Positions 45,801 through 49,402 of a DNA stretch of 49,402 nt are shown here, piece by piece (positions within the stretch are counted from its first letter, which is position 1; each line of letters starts with the position of its first letter). The position numbers and the translations under genes are program-made. The DNA is from Betaproteobacteria bacterium (GTDB lineage: Bacteria; Pseudomonadota; Gammaproteobacteria; Burkholderiales; Usitatibacteraceae). The notes beneath the pieces are model-generated. The model saw only the letters and a list, made by a program, of their open reading frames with translations. It made no database searches and was not told the origin of the DNA. Location: assembly GCA_043793345.1 (NCBI GenBank), contig JAYVXF010000094.1, positions 1 through 49,402 of the forward strand, written 5' to 3'.

Positions 45801-48595
45801 CTACGCGTCGCGACGACGTGGTGCGGGAGCTGAAGGATCTGCGCGAGGCGTTGAAATTGGCCAAGCGCGCTGAGAGCTCGGCAATCATGACACCGGTCGC
45901 CCCGGTATCAGCGGCAGCCACTGCGGCACCCGTGGTACCGACTGCGCCATCAGCCGTTCCTGCACCACCCATTGTCGAACCAGTATCGGCGCTTGAAACC
46001 ACGCCACCGCCATCGACAGCGCCGGCGAAAACCGCTGCCGAAACATCAACCTTCACGACCGCTGTGGTACTGGGAGCGGCGACGGCGGCGTCCGTTGCGG
46101 CGGCGGGCGCGGCCAGCGCGGCGGTGAAGTCGACCGTTGTCGCGAACCAGGAGCCAGCCTTTGAGTCAGGCAAAGAAAAGCGCCGCATCGAAGACGACGT
46201 TGACAACGAACTGCTGCCGATCTTTCTCCAGGAAGCCAAAGAAATTGTGCCGCAAGTCGGCGACTGTTTGCGGACATGGCGCGCGCGCCCGGCTGACCAT
46301 GCGCCGGTCATCGAGCTTTCACGTCACCTGCACACCTTGAAGGGTAGCGCGCGCATGGCAGGCCTAATGCGTCTGGGCGAGCTGGCCCACGTGATCGAAA
46401 CTGAAATGGTCGCGATGGACCATGATGCAACGCCTGCGAACGTGAAATTCGACGTCATCGACGAATACTTTGATCGCTTCACGAGCGCGCTTGACCGGGC
46501 GCTGACCGGCGAGCAGGGCGCGATTCTGCTCGACGTGCCGGTCACGGCTGTATTCGAGCACGCCAAAGACAAACCGGCCGCGATTGCCGTCATGGCGGCG
46601 GCCGCGCAAGCCGTGCGCGACGACGCCGCACCGGACGGCCGCGAGCGTCAATCGCTGTTGCGTGTGAACGCCGACATCATCGACCGGTTCGTGAACGAAG
46701 CGGGAGAATTGTCGATTGCGCGTTCGCGAATAGACCAGGAGATGCTGACGTTTAAGCAGTCGCTGATCGAGTTGACCGAAAATATTTCGCGCATGAAAGC
46801 GCAACTGCGCGAAGTCGAAATTCAATCCGAATCGCAAATACAGTCGCGCATCAAGGAAGCCGAAGAGCGCGGTGCCGCGTTTGATCCGCTCGAATTCGAC
46901 CGCTTCTCGCGCACGCAAGAATTGACGCGCTTCATGGCCGAAAGCCTGAACGACGTCATCACGCTGCAACTGTCGCTGCAAAAAAATATCGACGAAACCG
47001 AAGCCGCGCTGGTGCAACAGGCGCGCCTGAATCGCGATTTGCAGCAAGGGCTGATGGGCGTGCGACTGGTGCCGTTGGGCAATTTGCAGGATCGTTTTTA
47101 TCGTGTGGTACGACAGACCGCGAAAGAGATTCACAAAAAAGCCAACCTCGAATTCCGCGGCGTGCGCGTCGAGATTGATCGCTCCGTGCTGGAAAAAATC
47201 ACCCCGCCGTTCGAGCATCTGCTGCGTAACGCCGTGGCGCATGGACTCGAAATGCCGGCGGACCGGGTCAAAAAAGGCAAATCGGAAATCGGCGAAATTA
47301 CCATCGACGCGCAACAAGTCGGCAACGAGGTGGTGCTGACTTTATCGGACGACGGCGATGGTTTGAATTTCGCGCGCATTCGTGACATGGCGATTGCAAA
47401 AGGCCTGCTTGCAGCCGACGCTGAAATCAGTGAGGCACAACTCACGCAATTTATTTTTATGGCCGGCTTTTCGACCGCCACCGAAGTCACGCAGATCGCG
47501 GGCCGGGGCGTCGGCATGGACGTGGTGCGCAACGAAATCGTCTCGCTCGGCGGCCGCATCGACATCGCCTCCACCGCCGGTCGCGGCACTATTTTCACCA
47601 TCGCTCTGCCGCTGACGCTGGCCGTGACGCAAGCCGTCATGGTGGTGGTCGGCGACGTGCAGTATGCGATTCCGTCGGTGATGATCGAGCAAGTGCAGGA
47701 ATATAAAGGCAAGCGCTACGAGCCGCTGCTGGACATGAACGAGATCGACTGGAAGGGCAACAAATATCCGCTGCGCTCGATGGCGGCACTGCTCGGCGGC
47801 AAGCCCACCGTGTCGATCCAGCGCAAAGCCTCGGTGATTTTGGCCAAGAGCGGCCAACAACGCGCGGCAGTGCAGGTCGACCAGATCATCGGCAACCGCG
47901 AGATCGTGGTGAAATCCATCGGCCCGCAATTGGCGCGGCTGATCGGTGTGGCGGGTGCGACGGTGACCGGCTCGGGCCAGATTATTTTGATCATCAATCC
48001 GGTGCAATTGCACTTCCGCGAAACCGCGACGGTCAGCATCGAGACCGTGCAACGCGTCGAAAACAAATTCAGCGCCGTCAAAGACACCGCACGCGGCGTG
48101 GACGCTGGCGCAGAACTGGTGTCGCTGGAAGCCATCAAAGGCCCGTCGCTCGGCCAAGCCATCGCCGCCGCCGCACCCGCAGGCAACGCGCCGGTCGCGC
48201 CACTATTGATGCGCACCGTGCCCCTGGTAATGGTGGTCGATGATTCGCTCACGGTCAGAAAAATTACCAGCCGCATGCTCACCCGCGAGGGCTTCGAAGT
48301 CGCCGCCGCCAAAGACGGTGTCGATGCACTTCAGCAATTGCAGGACATCGAGCCCGACATCATCCTGCTCGACATCGAAATGCCGCGCATGGATGGGTTC
48401 GAGTTTGCACGCAACGTGCGCGCGGACGCGAAGACTAAAAATATTCCGATCATCATGATTACCTCGCGCACGGCCGACAAGCACCGCAATCGCGCGCTCG
48501 AACTCGGTGTCAACGAGTACATGGGCAAGCCCTATCAGGAAGAGCAATTGCTGGTGCTGATTCGACATTATACGAAGCAGCGGTCACGACACTAG
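42836..48595 (+). CDS. chpA: Hybrid CheA-type histidine kinase ChpA/PilL (multiple Hpt + kinase + CheW + REC)
   Basis: 1919 aa. The Hpt boxes are HLHQVTGALTMVGL, YHTLKGSGRMVGL, AHTLNSSSRTTNF and LHTLKGSARMAGL. The kinase core has LLRNAVAHGLE, DDGDGL and GRGVGMDVV. It also has a CheW-like domain and a C-terminal REC (VMVVDDS...LLDIEMPRMDG...KP). Confidence 0.9.
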   Translation: MALNPKPAFDIGPLSWVKAEIEHSLTETRTHLEAVKANPGDAKAAKYAATHLHQVTGALTMVGLGAATRFNEEIEKLVGSLESDPNARAQAPQRINTALTATASLSAYLDSLMAGDPDRPMLLARAYLEVNKARGATDAAEIDLFSPDLSLSVDVPDNTVALPKSEMLAEAIKQRRAMYQSGLLRLLRDKDMVGGAREMRNATLAIEALQVTSPTVSFWYAASGFFDAVANNPVEAGTLAVQLFGKIDQQIKLLIEGVQKIPEKLFRDILLVIGRSNANTERLKKIRELYRLDELLAVPVERGVLGADDTLKAVIRGLRDQVQEQKENWLKFASGNHAALEQFVTQSEPFNAAAQQQPNKDLADVVQTMGTVGAHLRKTEVPASEAQALEMATALLFIESSLENYFHQSTDFGAQARNVVARLKGAMTGAALPPAAAGSSALMDDMSKRAQERMLMFQVGQEVQVNLSTIEGSLDTFFRDPSKPAELTSLAPMFSQVQGALTILELNEAAALNTLLKERVAQFASGAITSVADDAEAVAEGVSAMGLYIAALQQGVSQPREALLPALIRFGLADKAVEPDRSLIKSPVSEADVDVAKQKVQELYADWKQQPEQTASRDQLREAVKELKLDATLIADNESARQSDEMLKAIDQTFDPNKIGVAALAEMAPDKPTTAPTAQTVQLIDAPVTEVDSELLEIFLEEAGEVVATIRENLVVLRGKAHDNEALITIRRGYHTLKGSGRMVGLANLGDVAWNCEQVFNKWLKDEKPASAGLLAFVEHTSNAFSAWVDALKTNSGAHVDGADIARMAEALKNGEALTAESAPALVVETITPQIIETPVVVAAPIEASLPALVEPFVFTPPFTVPETTVVEPADVRVGSIVVPHALFNIYRGEAGQHIATLDNEMTALEARPQQPVSHEFMRAAHTLNSSSRTTNFDMIADVAAALEKWAQDAIELMPPLDSGRLNVMRQAVDALSSMVMGLHTHELPTRRDDVVRELKDLREALKLAKRAESSAIMTPVAPVSAAATAAPVVPTAPSAVPAPPIVEPVSALETTPPPSTAPAKTAAETSTFTTAVVLGAATAASVAAAGAASAAVKSTVVANQEPAFESGKEKRRIEDDVDNELLPIFLQEAKEIVPQVGDCLRTWRARPADHAPVIELSRHLHTLKGSARMAGLMRLGELAHVIETEMVAMDHDATPANVKFDVIDEYFDRFTSALDRALTGEQGAILLDVPVTAVFEHAKDKPAAIAVMAAAAQAVRDDAAPDGRERQSLLRVNADIIDRFVNEAGELSIARSRIDQEMLTFKQSLIELTENISRMKAQLREVEIQSESQIQSRIKEAEERGAAFDPLEFDRFSRTQELTRFMAESLNDVITLQLSLQKNIDETEAALVQQARLNRDLQQGLMGVRLVPLGNLQDRFYRVVRQTAKEIHKKANLEFRGVRVEIDRSVLEKITPPFEHLLRNAVAHGLEMPADRVKKGKSEIGEITIDAQQVGNEVVLTLSDDGDGLNFARIRDMAIAKGLLAADAEISEAQLTQFIFMAGFSTATEVTQIAGRGVGMDVVRNEIVSLGGRIDIASTAGRGTIFTIALPLTLAVTQAVMVVVGDVQYAIPSVMIEQVQEYKGKRYEPLLDMNEIDWKGNKYPLRSMAALLGGKPTVSIQRKASVILAKSGQQRAAVQVDQIIGNREIVVKSIGPQLARLIGVAGATVTGSGQIILIINPVQLHFRETATVSIETVQRVENKFSAVKDTARGVDAGAELVSLEAIKGPSLGQAIAAAAPAGNAPVAPLLMRTVPLVMVVDDSLTVRKITSRMLTREGFEVAAAKDGVDALQQLQDIEPDIILLDIEMPRMDGFEFARNVRADAKTKNIPIIMITSRTADKHRNRALELGVNEYMGKPYQEEQLLVLIRHYTKQRSRH

Positions 48596-48744
48596 ACTGC
48601 GTAGCGCGGCTTTTCCCGCGAACTCGTACGGCGGGTCTTCAATCGCATCGCGACCTTGCGGGATTCGTGGTCTCGATAGTCGCCAACATCGAGGCGCTTG
48701 CGAGTTGAATCGGGCTCAGTTCGTTTACGTTTTCGTTCGCGTCG

Positions 48745-49402
48745 TTATCGGACCTGCCCCGCCGGAAGCATGAAGCTGAAAACCGTTCCTCGACCCGCCT
48801 CGCTCTCGACCGACATCGACGTTCCGTGCAGCGCCAGGATGCGCTTGGCGATCAAGAGGCCGAGTCCACCGTGGCCGCGCCCGGTGCTCTTGCGCAGCGG
48901 CGAGTCGCGTTCGAAAAGGCCTGGCAGGTGTTGTGCCGCAATGCCCGTTCCGGTGTCGGTTACCCTCACCTCGGCACCTCGTGCACCCGGCATCGCGTCC
49001 AGCCGGACCAGTCCGCCGCTTGGCGTGTGCCGGATCGCATTGTCGATCAGGTTGCTGATGACCCGTTCGATCAAGCCGATGTCACCCATCACGAACAGGC
49101 CGCGCTGACCGGCCGAGGCCAGCAGCCGCACCCCCTTGTCGCGTGCGCTCAGCGCGAATTTCTGGGCGATGTCCTGAACCAGCTCGGCCAGCGAGAAGAG
49201 TTCCGACTCGGGCAAGCTCTCCTCGCCTTCAAGCTGCGCGAGCTCGAATAGCTGTTGCGACAACCTGGCCACTCGGTGGCTCTGTCGGACCGCCACGTCG
49301 AGGTATTGCTGCCGGTCGGCGGGCGAAAGTTTCTCACCCATCCTGACCAAAGTTTCGAGATGGCTCTGCATCGAAGTCAGCGGCGTGCGCAGGTCGTGCG
49401 AG
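48745..49402 (-). CDS. Sensor histidine kinase, C-terminal part (HisKA + HATPase); the CDS continues past the right window edge
   Basis: The frame stays open to the edge. The last codons read SHDLRTPLTSMQSHLETL (H-box). The N-box is LIDNAIRHTP, G1 is TDTGTGI and G2 is GHGGLGLLIAKRI. The stop is at 48745. Confidence 0.8.
   Translation of the reverse strand, partial: SHDLRTPLTSMQSHLETLVRMGEKLSPADRQQYLDVAVRQSHRVARLSQQLFELAQLEGEESLPESELFSLAELVQDIAQKFALSARDKGVRLLASAGQRGLFVMGDIGLIERVISNLIDNAIRHTPSGGLVRLDAMPGARGAEVRVTDTGTGIAAQHLPGLFERDSPLRKSTGRGHGGLGLLIAKRILALHGTSMSVESEAGRGTVFSFMLPAGQVR

Noticed and set aside
46364-48312. Long minus-strand ORFs (317, 271, 198 and 193 aa) inside chpA
   Set aside because: These are antisense shadows of the ChpA kinase/CheW/REC region, which carries clear N, G1 and G2 boxes on the plus strand. 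The translations are low-complexity (Arg/His/Asp/Phe or Ser/Ala/Thr runs).
1-49402. Search for CRISPR arrays, tRNA/rRNA genes and obvious defence or toxin-antitoxin cassettes
   Set aside because: I saw no regularly spaced direct repeats, no tRNA-like T-arm or acceptor patterns in intergenic DNA, no rRNA, and no nuclease/helicase-type defence genes by eye. A proper tRNAscan, Rfam or defence-finder run was not possible.

Overview
This is a 49.4-kb chromosomal segment from a moderately GC-rich Gram-negative bacterium. Gene content and synteny suggest a betaproteobacterium, but that is inference only.

**1-17.7 kb: exosortase A (XrtA)/PEP-CTERM exopolysaccharide locus.**
- A partial prsK-like membrane sensor.
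- An XrtA-EpsI fusion.
- One PEP-CTERM substrate gene with a sigma-54-type promoter.
- A decayed IS3 transposase remnant.
- A five-gene carboxylate-activation/carrier module: AsnB-like amidotransferase, AMP-forming ligase, ACP, NadE-like PP-loop ATPase, and a HemK-like methyltransferase fused to a tandem GNAT/FemAB-like domain.
- The convergent export operon: epsE, epsF, epsG, a beta-barrel OMP and an ExeA-like ATPase.

**18-28.7 kb:** galE, icd, an alpha/beta hydrolase, a thioredoxin-like ferredoxin, a VanZ-like protein, a gamma-carbonic-anhydrase-like protein, a LytTR/LytS-type two-component pair whose kinase has an unusual architecture, and a transglutaminase-like operon.

**28.9-35.6 kb: island of small envelope/stress proteins.** It holds two BON proteins, an Lmo0937-like protein, CsbD, a glycine-zipper lipoprotein, an entericidin-like protein and a Cys-repeat protein. 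One CHASE3 sensor lies inside the island and a second at its right edge.

**35.6-49.4 kb:** hemL-thiE-thiD, rubredoxin, the pilG-pilH-pilI-pilJ-chpA twitching chemosensory operon, and a partial sensor kinase.

I saw no rRNA, tRNA or CRISPR array. Several intergenic palindromic repeat families recur. The best candidate for an undescribed system is the carrier/amidation module at 4559-11584 inside the XrtA locus. All family assignments come from motif recognition by eye; no searches were run.
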